A DNA stretch of 59,258 nucleotides. It comes from a virus. Taxonomy: Duplodnaviria; Caudoviricetes. Made by a program: the position numbers and the translations under genes. The stretch lies in IMG/VR virus record IMGVR_UViG_3300044805_000178, positions 1 to 59,258 of that record; one strand, written 5' to 3'. Each line of letters starts with the position of its first letter. Position 1 is the stretch's first letter. Below, piece after piece: positions 1 to 9,315 of this stretch. The notes beneath the pieces are model-generated. The model did no database searches. It worked only from the letters and a program-made list of their open reading frames with translations, and was not told where the DNA came from.

Positions 1-292
1 TTCTGGCTCTGGTGGTCCGTCCAGAACGGCACCATCAAAAGCATCCTCCAGCAGCCCCGCGTCGAGCAAATCCACATCAAAACCTTCACCATCAGGCAGT
101 GGTAACAAGTCCGGTGTTGGCGGCGGCGGTGGCGGTGGTGGCGGAGCATCTGGCTCTCGTGGCTCATCTGTTGGCGCACCCGTTGGTCGTTCTTCCGGCA
201 CTCAAGCAAAGGGTAACGCCCCCTCTGGCAACAAGACTGTTGTGGGCGGAGGTGGAGGTGGTGGCGGTGGCTCCACAGGATCTCGCGGTTCC
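1..292. repeat. Terminal redundancy (left copy); the contig is circular
   Basis: 1-126 is identical to 59090-59215 and 245-292 is identical to 59211-59258. Confidence 0.95.
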
Positions 293-871
293 TCAACTGT
301 GAAGCCTGCGCCCATTGAATCTGGCAAGAGATTCGGCCCCATGTCGCCTGATGTTCAAGATATGCGTAAGTGGCAGGGTCCGCCTGACCGCCGGACTGCG
401 GCTGAAAAGCGGATGATTGAACGCGGGCAGAATATAAGTGAAATGAGGAGGCTGCAAGAACAGCAAGACCTTTCTACGTTTGCTGGTCATCGTTCTCCTA
501 CCGGAGCCCATTACGGCCCAACTCGCACCCAGAAAGGGCGTGAACTTGACGCAATACGTCAGAGTATGGTCGATGCAAAGTCTCTTCGCGACAAGAACGC
601 TGACCGTCGGAGGACTAATGCAGGCGCGGCTCCCTTCCGGCAAGAAGTTTCCGGGATGCTGCCAGCTTCAAGGCTTCCATCTCAGGTAAGCAGATCCACC
701 TCTGGCCCTGTCAACAGGCTTTCTGGCAATCAAGCCTTCCAAAACAGGATGGCTGCTGAAAGTGTGAAGAACAGAACAAGTGTAAAAACGTCCGGACCCC
801 GCACAAGAGGCGAAGAAGGACCTATGTTTAAGCGTGGCGGGGTTGTCCGCAGAAAGAAAACAAGGAAGTAG
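2..871 (+). CDS. 3' part of a Gly/Ser/Arg-rich basic protein that starts at 58989 and spans the circular junction
   Basis: Frame is continuous with ATG 58989 via the terminal repeat; poly-Gly tracts; ends MFKRGGVVRRKKTRK. Confidence 0.8.
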   Translation, partial: SGSGGPSRTAPSKASSSSPASSKSTSKPSPSGSGNKSGVGGGGGGGGGASGSRGSSVGAPVGRSSGTQAKGNAPSGNKTVVGGGGGGGGGSTGSRGSSTVKPAPIESGKRFGPMSPDVQDMRKWQGPPDRRTAAEKRMIERGQNISEMRRLQEQQDLSTFAGHRSPTGAHYGPTRTQKGRELDAIRQSMVDAKSLRDKNADRRRTNAGAAPFRQEVSGMLPASRLPSQVSRSTSGPVNRLSGNQAFQNRMAAESVKNRTSVKTSGPRTRGEEGPMFKRGGVVRRKKTRK

Positions 872-872
872 A

Positions 873-1334
873 ATGGCTAAGAAAACGTGGAATGAATTCT
901 TCTTCGGCACTGAAGAAGATCGTAAGAGGGCTAGGGAAGTTCTCAAGGAGATGCGGCCCGATTATCAGCGCCCGGGCGAGAAGATGCCCGAGAAAAAGGC
1001 CGTGATTGACCGCCGTCCTCCGTTTACAAGCGAACAGGCAAGGAAGGCGAAGGTTGCTCGGCCCGTTCGTAAGGAAGAAAAACCTCCCCACGCTGGCGCG
1101 AAGCCCGTGAAGGCCAAGAAGGCTGTGAGCGACGAGTATGTCCAGAATTTCAAGGACAAGCTTCAGGGCCAGCGTCCGGGAAAGAAGAAGCCAGTTGCGA
1201 AGCCAGTTGCAAAAATTGGGTTCAAAGGCAATTGGGTCGGTGCCGCACCCACTGAAATGCAGAAGCGTGGTGGCGCAAGAATTAAAAAGAAAGCCACCCT
1301 TATGGGGTATCTTAAGAAGAAGCGGAGTTCTTAA
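873..1334 (+). CDS. Lys-rich basic hypothetical protein (putative internal virion/DNA-binding)
   Basis: ATG 1 nt after the upstream stop; K/P/A-rich. Confidence 0.8.
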   Translation: MAKKTWNEFFFGTEEDRKRAREVLKEMRPDYQRPGEKMPEKKAVIDRRPPFTSEQARKAKVARPVRKEEKPPHAGAKPVKAKKAVSDEYVQNFKDKLQGQRPGKKKPVAKPVAKIGFKGNWVGAAPTEMQKRGGARIKKKATLMGYLKKKRSS

Positions 1335-1892
1335 ATGGCATCTGGCCCAAAAACACGTGCTCGCGTCCTCACTGTTGAGCACCCCGGATTTGTTAAGAGC
1401 CTCCGGGCTGTCAATGCAAGAAAGTTCTCTGACATGAAGAGGAAGCGGGACGAAATGCCGCCTCCTCAGTTTGAGGGTGCCAATTCCCCTCTTGCCGTTT
1501 TTGAGACAACGGAATCCCCGAAGATGAAGAGCGAGAAGGAACTCCGCAAGGATTATCGTTCTCCACCGGGATTCTCTCGCCCATCCCCGAAGCCCCGCCC
1601 GAAGCCTGCTGTTGTTTCTGGCAAGAACGAGACGGTTGTCTACAAAACTCCGCGCAGCAAGAACGAGACTGTTGTGCCCAAGATGCCCCGTGGTGGCGGA
1701 GAGACTGTTGTCTATAAGACCCCGGAAAAGCGTGAGAAGGCTGTTATCCCCAAGCCCAAACTTCGTCCTTCGGCACCCCCTGTCAAGAAGGCAAAGAAGC
1801 AAAGCTTCGATGAGGCATTTGCCTCTGCGAGGAAGAGCAAGAAAAAGGTGTTTGTGTTTGAAGGAAAGAAGTTCAACACAAAACTCAAGTAA
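1335..1892 (+). CDS. Lys-rich protein with ETVV(Y/P)K repeats and a C-terminal FDEAFASAR..FVFEGKKFNT motif
   Basis: Abuts the previous gene; C-terminal motif typical of phage basic proteins; followed by a terminator. Confidence 0.8.
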   Translation: MASGPKTRARVLTVEHPGFVKSLRAVNARKFSDMKRKRDEMPPPQFEGANSPLAVFETTESPKMKSEKELRKDYRSPPGFSRPSPKPRPKPAVVSGKNETVVYKTPRSKNETVVPKMPRGGGETVVYKTPEKREKAVIPKPKLRPSAPPVKKAKKQSFDEAFASARKSKKKVFVFEGKKFNTKLK

Positions 1893-1914
1893 GACAAGCA
1901 ACAACCATAAATTT

Positions 1915-1948
1915 AAAACCCCGCAGGTTATGCTTGCGGGGTTTTTTT
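1915..1948 (+). terminator. Rho-independent terminator
   Basis: AAAACCCCGCAGG-TTATG-CTTGCGGGG followed by T7. Confidence 0.9.
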
Positions 1949-2005
1949 ATTTGACACGAAGTTCTTCGGGTGCTTCAACCAACCCACAACAGAGAGGATA
2001 TTAAT

Positions 2006-2200
2006 TTGTTTACAAGACTTGAACCACCAATGCCAGTCAATACAGTAAGGGGAGACGGTTATGCTTTTGCAGTTATTGATTATAGCTTCGAATCGGATCT
2101 CATCTGGGTCGTGGCACTCGATGAAAGCCGGGAGATCTGGTGCATCCCAAACGGTGAGGTGAGGATGCAGAAGAATTGGACAGCCGGGAGAAGGGATTGA
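2006..2200 (+). CDS. Small hypothetical phage protein
   Basis: SD GAGAGGA before a TTG start; IDY..E.DLIWVV..EIW..N pattern. Confidence 0.7.
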   Translation: MFTRLEPPMPVNTVRGDGYAFAVIDYSFESDLIWVVALDESREIWCIPNGEVRMQKNWTAGRRD

Positions 2201-2203
2201 CCC

Positions 2204-2413
2204 ATGATAAAGGTAGTGAAACAAACAGAGGAGGTTACATGTAACCGCTGTGGTTATCAGGATGTCTGGATTCCTGAAACCCCGCACTACATGAAATGGG
2301 AGTGGGGTGAGTTTACGCAAGGTGATGAAAATAGCGGTTATAAGAAGATTGTCATGGACATATGCCCGAAATGCACGAGAGAGGTGAAGAGTTGGATAAG
2401 GAACGGACGATGA
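2204..2413 (+). CDS. Small Zn-ribbon protein
   Basis: CNRC...CPKC. Confidence 0.65.
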   Translation: MIKVVKQTEEVTCNRCGYQDVWIPETPHYMKWEWGEFTQGDENSGYKKIVMDICPKCTREVKSWIRNGR

Positions 2414-2835
2414 AGAAATATATCGCTGCGCTGGCCTTCGGGGTCGTGATTTTTTCAACCCCGGCACTCTCAAATACCGTGAAGAACATGGTTGTTGCAG
2501 AGGCCCGCAGGCAGGGTGTGCCTGCAAGTCTGGCGGTTGCAATCGCGAAGGCTGAGAGCAATTTCAAGTGCAGTGCCGTGGGAAGAGCGGGGGAACGTGG
2601 CGTCATGCAAATCAAACCCCGTACCGCCCGTGGACTTGGATACAAGGGCTCAGCCTCCGGTTTAAATAATTGCGCTGTTGGCATCCTTTACGGTATGCTC
2701 TACCTCAAGCAGGCCTATAGGAAGGCTGGCGGCAACATTCACCGCGCTGCCCTCCTGTATAATGCGGGGATTCATTCAAAAAGAAAGAACAGCACCTATG
2801 CCAAAAAAATCTCGGGAACAGTTGGACAAAAGTGA
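2410..2835 (+). CDS. Lytic transglycosylase (SLT domain) with N-terminal signal/anchor
   Basis: AIAKAESNF catalytic Glu motif, GVMQI, LYNAG; hydrophobic N-terminus MKKYIAALAFGVVIF. Confidence 0.9.
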   Translation: MKKYIAALAFGVVIFSTPALSNTVKNMVVAEARRQGVPASLAVAIAKAESNFKCSAVGRAGERGVMQIKPRTARGLGYKGSASGLNNCAVGILYGMLYLKQAYRKAGGNIHRAALLYNAGIHSKRKNSTYAKKISGTVGQK

Positions 2836-3022
2836 TGTGCTGCGACAGCTTGACGCAGATAATGTCGATTCTTCGATGATTTTAGCCGTGACAAGTGACG
2901 GGGATCGAATATACATGCACCCATTCGAGAACGACCTTTCGGCACTCGAATTTATGGAACTCATGACCAGTGGGTTCCGGAATGATCTCATTGAAAAAGC
3001 TCTGAAGAGGATGGTAAATTGA
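2798..3022 (+). CDS. Hypothetical protein
   Basis: ORF packing within the operon. Confidence 0.55.
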   Translation: MPKKSREQLDKSDVLRQLDADNVDSSMILAVTSDGDRIYMHPFENDLSALEFMELMTSGFRNDLIEKALKRMVN

Positions 3023-3276
3023 AAGAAGTTGATAGCCAACAGTCTCTCCTGCATTGGGTCACAAATGCCAAAAAGGGGGAGAAGGCCGTGTATTATGATG
3101 GTTTGCTTATGATGGACCGGAACCGTTACTTCCTCAATGGTGGTCTTGTTGGTGGCGAACCAGAAAAGATCCGGGCTGCGAATTTTGCTTGGCGCTTATG
3201 CGAAGATGGTTTGGTTAGCCTGATCCAGAAGAAGAAGAAGGCCTACTCTTATGACTACATCGCCATCAAGCGATAA
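3019..3276 (+). CDS. Hypothetical protein
   Basis: 4-nt overlap with the upstream gene. Confidence 0.6.
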   Translation: MKEVDSQQSLLHWVTNAKKGEKAVYYDGLLMMDRNRYFLNGGLVGGEPEKIRAANFAWRLCEDGLVSLIQKKKKAYSYDYIAIKR

Positions 3277-3442
3277 GGCTTTTGTTCTCGAAACCCGGTA
3301 TGTGTGGGCCCCCACTATTCAAGAAGCCATGACAAAGGCTCAGGGGATGGTTGGCTGGAAGATCCAAGGTCATCCGGCACCCATGACTTGGAACGGCAAC
3401 TACGGGACTGGGGTGGTTATCACAAGGATAAATGATGTCTAA
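3251..3442 (+). CDS. Hypothetical protein
   Basis: ORF packing. Confidence 0.5.
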   Translation: MTTSPSSDKAFVLETRYVWAPTIQEAMTKAQGMVGWKIQGHPAPMTWNGNYGTGVVITRINDV

Positions 3443-4241
3443 TTCAGAACTTCGTATTGATATCTCAAAACTTCGGGGCAAGAAGGTGATGATCGCCACC
3501 CCGATGTATGGCGGCATGGGCAATACCCTGTATTTCTCAAGCGTCTTGCAGTTGCAATCAGCAATGATCACGAACGGGATGCAGCTTCATCATTGTTTTA
3601 TGATGAATGAGAGCCTGATCGACCGCGCCCGCAATGGCTTAGTTTATGACTACCTCACTAAAAGCGATGCTGATTATCTTCTCTTTGTGGATGCCGATAT
3701 TCAATTCCGCGCCGAAGATGTCTTGGCTATGATGTCTTTTGAGAAGGAACTGATCTGCGGTCCTTATCCCAAGAAGCATGTAAACTGGCCAGTCATTATC
3801 GAGGCAGTAAAGAGTGGGATTGAAGACCCCGCAATCCTCGAAAAGCTTGTTGGGGAGTACGTCTTCACGCCGCTTAAGGCCGACACTAAAATGGAAAAGA
3901 TTATTAAGGTGTCGGAGGCTGGCACTGGCATGATGCTCATCCATCGCTCTGTTTTTGCCAAGATGAAGGAAAAGTTCCCCGAAAACTACTACGTTTCTGA
4001 TGATTCGAGGGTGCAGGTTTCTGGGGAAAGGCGTGAGATGCACGCCTATTTCCGAACAGCGATCATCGACAACCGATATCTCTCCGAAGACTATTATTTC
4101 TGCCACAAGTGGAGAGAGATTGGTGGGGATGTTTGGTTGTTCCCTTGGAGTCAATGTACCCACTACGGCACTTATGGGTTCCAAGGGTCTGTTGGTCATC
4201 TTGTCGATGCTTTGAGGAAGATCAGTGAAAAGAAGTCTTGA
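3432..4241 (+). CDS. GT-A fold glycosyltransferase-like protein
   Basis: IATPMYGG, ESLIDRARN, FVDADI (DxD), GTGMMLIHR, LSEDYYFC. Confidence 0.8.
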   Translation: MMSNSELRIDISKLRGKKVMIATPMYGGMGNTLYFSSVLQLQSAMITNGMQLHHCFMMNESLIDRARNGLVYDYLTKSDADYLLFVDADIQFRAEDVLAMMSFEKELICGPYPKKHVNWPVIIEAVKSGIEDPAILEKLVGEYVFTPLKADTKMEKIIKVSEAGTGMMLIHRSVFAKMKEKFPENYYVSDDSRVQVSGERREMHAYFRTAIIDNRYLSEDYYFCHKWREIGGDVWLFPWSQCTHYGTYGFQGSVGHLVDALRKISEKKS

Positions 4242-4737
4242 GGAAGAAATGGCCGCTGCCCTTGATGGGCAGTTCTTCTGGGAAAAAACCACAAAATATG
4301 ATGACGCCAATATTGGGTACACGGCAGAGATAAGGAGGGCTCAGAAGAAGTTTGCCAAGCCAGCACCAAAGCCCACGCCTATCTATGTGCCCTACATTGG
4401 CAAGGTGAAAACTGTTGATCAGCGCATTGAAGCCCTAAAAAAGATGCCTTATGAGTTCGAAAAGCTCCACAACGCCATCACCAATCTCTACGGGATTTCA
4501 AAACGGGAATTGGAGGGTGAGGGTCCCCGCACAAAAACCTTCCCTGCTTTCGTGCATTATGTGTGGGCTGCAACAAGATACAATCCAAACGTCACGGTTG
4601 CAGAAATTGGCAAGAGGATCGGACGCCACCACAGCACCGTTATCTACCACAGAAACCACTTTGAGAGCAAAAAGCACCTCTACCTCGACAACATCAAGAT
4701 AATCGATGACATCTTCGACTACAAAGAGCCCGTTTAG
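4225..4737 (+). CDS. Protein with a DnaA C-terminal-like HTH domain
   Basis: TVAEIGKRIGRHHSTVIY resembles the DnaA domain IV signature IG..FGGRDHTTV. Confidence 0.7.
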   Translation: MKRSLEEEMAAALDGQFFWEKTTKYDDANIGYTAEIRRAQKKFAKPAPKPTPIYVPYIGKVKTVDQRIEALKKMPYEFEKLHNAITNLYGISKRELEGEGPRTKTFPAFVHYVWAATRYNPNVTVAEIGKRIGRHHSTVIYHRNHFESKKHLYLDNIKIIDDIFDYKEPV

Positions 4738-4801
4738 TTAAGTGGTATAACATCGGTTTTGTAATCCGAGGTTGGGAGTTCGATTCTCTCAACGGGCACC
4801 A
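4728..4801 (+). tRNA. tRNA-Thr (anticodon UGU) with encoded CCA
   Basis: Acceptor GCCCGTT/AACGGGC, D arm GTTA/TAAC, anticodon loop TTTGTAA, T arm GGGAG-TTCGATT-CTCTC, 3' ACCA. Confidence 0.93.
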
Positions 4802-4813
4802 TATAATTGGCGT

Positions 4814-6313
4814 ATGAATTACGCCGAATTGATTGAAAAAATCCCCGAAAATGAGAAGCCGGAAATCCTCCGGCTTCTTCGCTTGTTGGATGAGGCAAAG
4901 CAGCGGGAGTCTGCTCAAGAAAACTATCTCGACTTTGTGAAGATGATGTGGCCCGGTTTCATATCGGGGCGGCACCACAAAATCATGGCAGAAGCCTTTG
5001 AGCGGGTGGCCAGAGGTGAGCTTAAGCGGCTTATCATCAATATGCCACCCCGCCACACCAAGTCTGAGTTTGCCTCATACCTCCTGCCAGCTTGGTTCCT
5101 TGGGAAATATCCAAACAAGAAGATCATCCAAACGGCCCATACCGCAGAGCTTGCGGTTGGTTTTGGTCGGAAGGTGAGAAATCTCGTTGGCAGCGAAGAC
5201 TACCAGAAGATGTTTGGTGGCGTTGGGCTCCAGTCTGACTCAAAGGCCGCAGGCAGATGGTCCACCAATAAGGGTGGTGAGTATTTCGCTATCGGTGTGG
5301 GTGGTGCCGTTACGGGTAAGGGGGCCGATTTGCTAATCATCGACGACCCCCATTCCGAACAGGAAGCCATGATGGGCCAGTTCGATATGTCGGTGTATGA
5401 TAAGGTGTTTGAGTGGTATAGTTCTGGCCCTCGCCAGCGCCTACAGCCCGGAGGGGCCATCGTCATTGTCATGACCCGCTGGGCCAAAAGAGACCTCACA
5501 GGGCAGATTATCGATGCCTCAGTGAAGAAGGAGGGCTCAAGCGAGTGGGAGGTTATCGAACTCCCGGCAATCATGCCCTCTGGAGACCCTCTCTGGCCTG
5601 AATTCTGGTCCATAGACGAGCTTCAGAAGCTCAAGATCGAACTCCCCTCCTCCAAGTGGGCGGCACAATACCAGCAAGATCCCACCTCTGAGGAGGGGGC
5701 TCTGATCAAGAGAGATTGGTGGAATATTTGGGAGGGAGATAAAGCCCCAAGTTGTAGTGCCGTGATTGTGGCTATGGACACTGCGTTCTCTAAAACAGAA
5801 CGCTCCGACTATTCCGCATGTGTGTGTTTCGGGGTTTTTGACCATCCAAATTCAGTGGGGAAGCCTATTCCAAACCTTATCTTGCTGGATGCTTGGAAAG
5901 ATAAACTGGAATTCCCGGAACTCAAAGCCACAACAGTGCAGTACTACAAAGATTGGCAACCGGACATGTTTATTGTGGAAAAGAAGGCATCTGGAGCACC
6001 TCTGATTGCAGAACTCCGCAATGCTGGTATACCTGTGCAGGAATTCACCCCAACTCGGGCTACCGGAGACAAGATCGTTCGTGTAAACAGCATCACAGAT
6101 ATCTTTGCATCTGGGGTTGTGTGGGCTCCGGATGAGCAATTTGCGATTGATGTGGTAGAGGAATGTGCGGCGTTTCCGTCTGGAGACCATGATGACTTCG
6201 TGGACGCCGTTACAATGGCCCTTATGCGGTTCAGGCAGGGTGGCTTTGCCATTCCCACCGACGAAGATGATATTATTGAAACCCCGAAATTCCGCAAAGA
6301 ACCCTATTACTGA
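4814..6313 (+). CDS. terL: Terminase large subunit
   Basis: INMPPRHTKS Walker A, LLIIDDP Walker B, VMTRW, YQQDP, DTA..K..SDYSA nuclease, HDDFVDA. Confidence 0.96.
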   Translation: MNYAELIEKIPENEKPEILRLLRLLDEAKQRESAQENYLDFVKMMWPGFISGRHHKIMAEAFERVARGELKRLIINMPPRHTKSEFASYLLPAWFLGKYPNKKIIQTAHTAELAVGFGRKVRNLVGSEDYQKMFGGVGLQSDSKAAGRWSTNKGGEYFAIGVGGAVTGKGADLLIIDDPHSEQEAMMGQFDMSVYDKVFEWYSSGPRQRLQPGGAIVIVMTRWAKRDLTGQIIDASVKKEGSSEWEVIELPAIMPSGDPLWPEFWSIDELQKLKIELPSSKWAAQYQQDPTSEEGALIKRDWWNIWEGDKAPSCSAVIVAMDTAFSKTERSDYSACVCFGVFDHPNSVGKPIPNLILLDAWKDKLEFPELKATTVQYYKDWQPDMFIVEKKASGAPLIAELRNAGIPVQEFTPTRATGDKIVRVNSITDIFASGVVWAPDEQFAIDVVEECAAFPSGDHDDFVDAVTMALMRFRQGGFAIPTDEDDIIETPKFRKEPYY

Positions 6314-6342
6314 TACAATAGAGCAAATTGAGAAAGAAAAAG

Positions 6343-8676
6343 ATGGCTGAGCCCTATATCCCGATTTCTCCGGAAACGCCTCCGATTAATGTTGAGATTC
6401 CTGAAGAAAATCTCGGCCCGAACATCACTCCTATGGAGGATGGCGGCGTCACTGTTGATTTTGGAGGTGTTTCGCCTGAGATTCAGCCCCCCGAAGACCA
6501 CGCATCCAATCTCGCTGAGATCATGGATGACTCCGATCTCGACGCAATCGCTGGCGATCTTATTTCAAGCTTCGAAGACGATTTAGACACCCGGGCAGAC
6601 TGGGAAAAGGCCTATATTCAGGGTCTGGATCTCCTTGGTTTGAAGATCGAGGAGCGCACAATGCCTTGGCCGGGTGCCTGTGGTGTGTATCATCCCGTCC
6701 TCACTGAGGCCGTTATTCGGTTTCAGGCCCAAACTATTATGGAGGTTTTCCCCTCTCAAGGCCCCGTCCGGACCAAGATTGTGGGGAAGTCGAATGAAGA
6801 ACTCCTGAAGCAGGCTCACCGCGTTCAGGAAGAGATGAATTTTATCGTTACTGAGAAGATGACCGACTACAGGTCCGAGACCGAGCAGCTTCTGTTCCGC
6901 CTCCCGCTTGCTGGTTCCGCCTTCCGCAAAGTCTACTACAACACAATCAACGACCGCCCCGCAGCAGTTTTTGTGCCTGCGGAGGACTTCGTTGTTGCCT
7001 ACGGCACTACAGATCTCGCCGCTTGCCCGCGCTACACCCATGTAACGCGAACATATCCGAATGAACTTCGGAAGCTACAGGTTAGTGGTTTTTACCGGGA
7101 CATTGATATTCCCGTTCCTTCTCCAGACTACTCTAGCCTTCAAAAGAAGTATGACAAGGTAAAGGGCGAGACCCCATCCTTCACAGATGACACCCGGCAC
7201 ACAATCCTTGAGATGTGTGTCGATCTTGATCTTCCGGGTTTTGAAAACCCCGATGGTATCGAACTCCCCTATGTTGTTACTATCGAAAAATCCAGCCGCG
7301 AAGTTCTCGCAATCCGCCGTAACTGGCGGGAAGGAGACCCCGCATTTGAAAAGAGGCAGTACTTTGTCCATTATCAGTATCTTCCGGGCCTCGGTTTCTA
7401 CGGCACTGGGCTCATTCACCTTATTGGGGGAATCGCTAAAAGCGCCACTTCAATCCTCCGCCAACTTGTTGATGCTGGCACTCTGTCAAACCTACCGGGA
7501 GGACTCAAGGCACGCGGACTCCGGATCAAAGGAGATGACAACCCGATCATGCCGGGAGAGTTCCGGGACGTAGATGTTGCTTCTGGCAATATCCGGGATT
7601 CAATCACCTTCCTCCCCTACAAAGAACCTTCAAGCGTTCTTTACCAGCTTCTCGGGAACCTTGTTGATGAGGGCCGCAGAATTGGATCTATTGCGGAAAT
7701 GGATATCGGGAATTCAAACCCCGAAGCTCCTGTCGGTACCACCCTAGCCCTCCTTGAGCGGTCCATGAAGGTGATGTCTGCCGTGCAGGCTCGCGTTCAC
7801 GACTCTCTTGGCAAAGAGTTTAAACTTATTGCCGAGGTTGTGAAGGAGTATATGGGCCCAGAGTATGAGTATGCTGCATCAGAGGAGGAATCCACCCCCG
7901 CCAATCGTGGGCAGGATTTTGATGACCGGGTTGATATCATCCCCGTTTCGGACCCGAACGCCTCCACAATGGCCCAGAAGGTTATGCAGTATCAGGCGGC
8001 GATGCAGCTTGCCCAGAACGCGCCTCCGGGCATGTATAACATGGAACTTCTCCACAGGCAGATGCTTCATGCTTTAAACGTGCAGAACGTGGATTTGATT
8101 ATTCAAAGTCAGGAACAGGCCGTCTCCACAGACCCTGTGACGGAAAACATGAACGTCATGTCTGGCAAGCCGATCACGGTGTTCCTTGAACAGGACCACG
8201 ATGCCCATATCAAGGTGCATACCGCGTTTATGCAGGACCCAATCTACCAGCAGTTTGTGTCGCAGAGCCCGAATGCCCAAACCTTCGTCGGGGCCATGCA
8301 GCAGCACCTTGCTGAACACTTCGCCTACTCTTATAGGCGTCAGATTGAACTCAAGCTTGGCGTGAGCCTTCCCCAGATTGGCGAGAAGCTTCCGCCGGAT
8401 GTCGAGAACGATATCGCGAAACTGGCCTCTGTTGCCGCTGATCGACTCCTCCAGCAGCACAACGAAGAGTCCAAGGCCGCGAAGCAACAGCAGGAGGAAA
8501 ATGACCCGCTCACAGTCATGCAGCGTGAAGAGCTTCGTATCAAGGACGAAGCGGTCAAGGTCAAGGAAAAGCAAGCCGAAACAGACGCCAAGTACAAAGA
8601 GGACAAGATCCTCTTGGAAACGGCTAAAGTGGTCGGCCAGACGCTCTCTTCAAATGCACGAACCGGAGGCAGGTAA
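6343..8676 (+). CDS. Portal protein (podovirus type)
   Basis: About 780 aa directly after TerL; PWPGACGVYHP, GFYGTGLIH, coiled-coil C-terminus. Confidence 0.88.
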   Translation: MAEPYIPISPETPPINVEIPEENLGPNITPMEDGGVTVDFGGVSPEIQPPEDHASNLAEIMDDSDLDAIAGDLISSFEDDLDTRADWEKAYIQGLDLLGLKIEERTMPWPGACGVYHPVLTEAVIRFQAQTIMEVFPSQGPVRTKIVGKSNEELLKQAHRVQEEMNFIVTEKMTDYRSETEQLLFRLPLAGSAFRKVYYNTINDRPAAVFVPAEDFVVAYGTTDLAACPRYTHVTRTYPNELRKLQVSGFYRDIDIPVPSPDYSSLQKKYDKVKGETPSFTDDTRHTILEMCVDLDLPGFENPDGIELPYVVTIEKSSREVLAIRRNWREGDPAFEKRQYFVHYQYLPGLGFYGTGLIHLIGGIAKSATSILRQLVDAGTLSNLPGGLKARGLRIKGDDNPIMPGEFRDVDVASGNIRDSITFLPYKEPSSVLYQLLGNLVDEGRRIGSIAEMDIGNSNPEAPVGTTLALLERSMKVMSAVQARVHDSLGKEFKLIAEVVKEYMGPEYEYAASEEESTPANRGQDFDDRVDIIPVSDPNASTMAQKVMQYQAAMQLAQNAPPGMYNMELLHRQMLHALNVQNVDLIIQSQEQAVSTDPVTENMNVMSGKPITVFLEQDHDAHIKVHTAFMQDPIYQQFVSQSPNAQTFVGAMQQHLAEHFAYSYRRQIELKLGVSLPQIGEKLPPDVENDIAKLASVAADRLLQQHNEESKAAKQQQEENDPLTVMQREELRIKDEAVKVKEKQAETDAKYKEDKILLETAKVVGQTLSSNARTGGR

Positions 8677-8862
8677 TTGAGCGAATTCTTTATTTTAAAG
8701 GGTAAGATCCGCCAAATGATGAACGATTTTGCAGATGATCTTGCCCTTGGCGGGGCTCAAGACTTCCATCAGTATAAGTATATGACTGGCGTTATTGCTG
8801 GTCTTGCTATGTCTGAGAGGGAAATACTTGATATTGAAAAGAAAAACAAAGACGAAGACTGA
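8677..8862 (+). CDS. Small protein downstream of the portal
   Basis: YKYMTGVIAGL pattern and position. Confidence 0.7.
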   Translation: MSEFFILKGKIRQMMNDFADDLALGGAQDFHQYKYMTGVIAGLAMSEREILDIEKKNKDED

Positions 8863-8949
8863 TTTTGTTTACATGTCTTTCTTGTTGTATGATTGGATTA
8901 CATCGTAAGATGCAATCGCCAATTGGCGCACAAAACGTGAAGGACACGC

Positions 8950-9315
8950 ATGTACTCTGAGATCAAGGTTTCGAAAGAAATCCTTAATAAGCTTCCTCGC
9001 CCCACAGGCTATAGGATTCTTATTGCAGTGCCGGAGGTCGAGGAAAAGACCAAGGGCGGGATCATCCGACCGGATGTTCTGAAAACCAAGGAGGAAACGG
9101 CCAGCATTGTTGGTCAAGTCCTCAGTATGGGGCCTGATTGCTATTCAGACCCCGACCGTTTCCCCGAAGGCCCTTATTGTGAGCCGGGAAGTTGGATCAT
9201 GTTCCGTGCTTATTCCGGCACACGATTCAAGGTAGGGGGCAAGGAGTTCCGCCTGATCAACGACGATAGCGTTGAGGCGATCCTTGATAATCCAGAGGGG
9301 ATTGAGCGGGCATGA
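8950..9315 (+). CDS. groES: GroES/Cpn10 co-chaperonin
   Basis: PTGYRILI, EEKTKGGII mobile loop, GQVLSMGP, YSGTRF, LINDD. Confidence 0.92.
   Translation: MYSEIKVSKEILNKLPRPTGYRILIAVPEVEEKTKGGIIRPDVLKTKEETASIVGQVLSMGPDCYSDPDRFPEGPYCEPGSWIMFRAYSGTRFKVGGKEFRLINDDSVEAILDNPEGIERA

Noticed and set aside
828-1904. 358-aa minus-strand ORF
   Set aside because: Antisense shadow of two Lys-rich genes; Leu/Phe-rich with no motifs
4772-4813. N-terminal extension of TerL in the ORF track
   Set aside because: Runs through the tRNA; ATG 4814 is the plausible start
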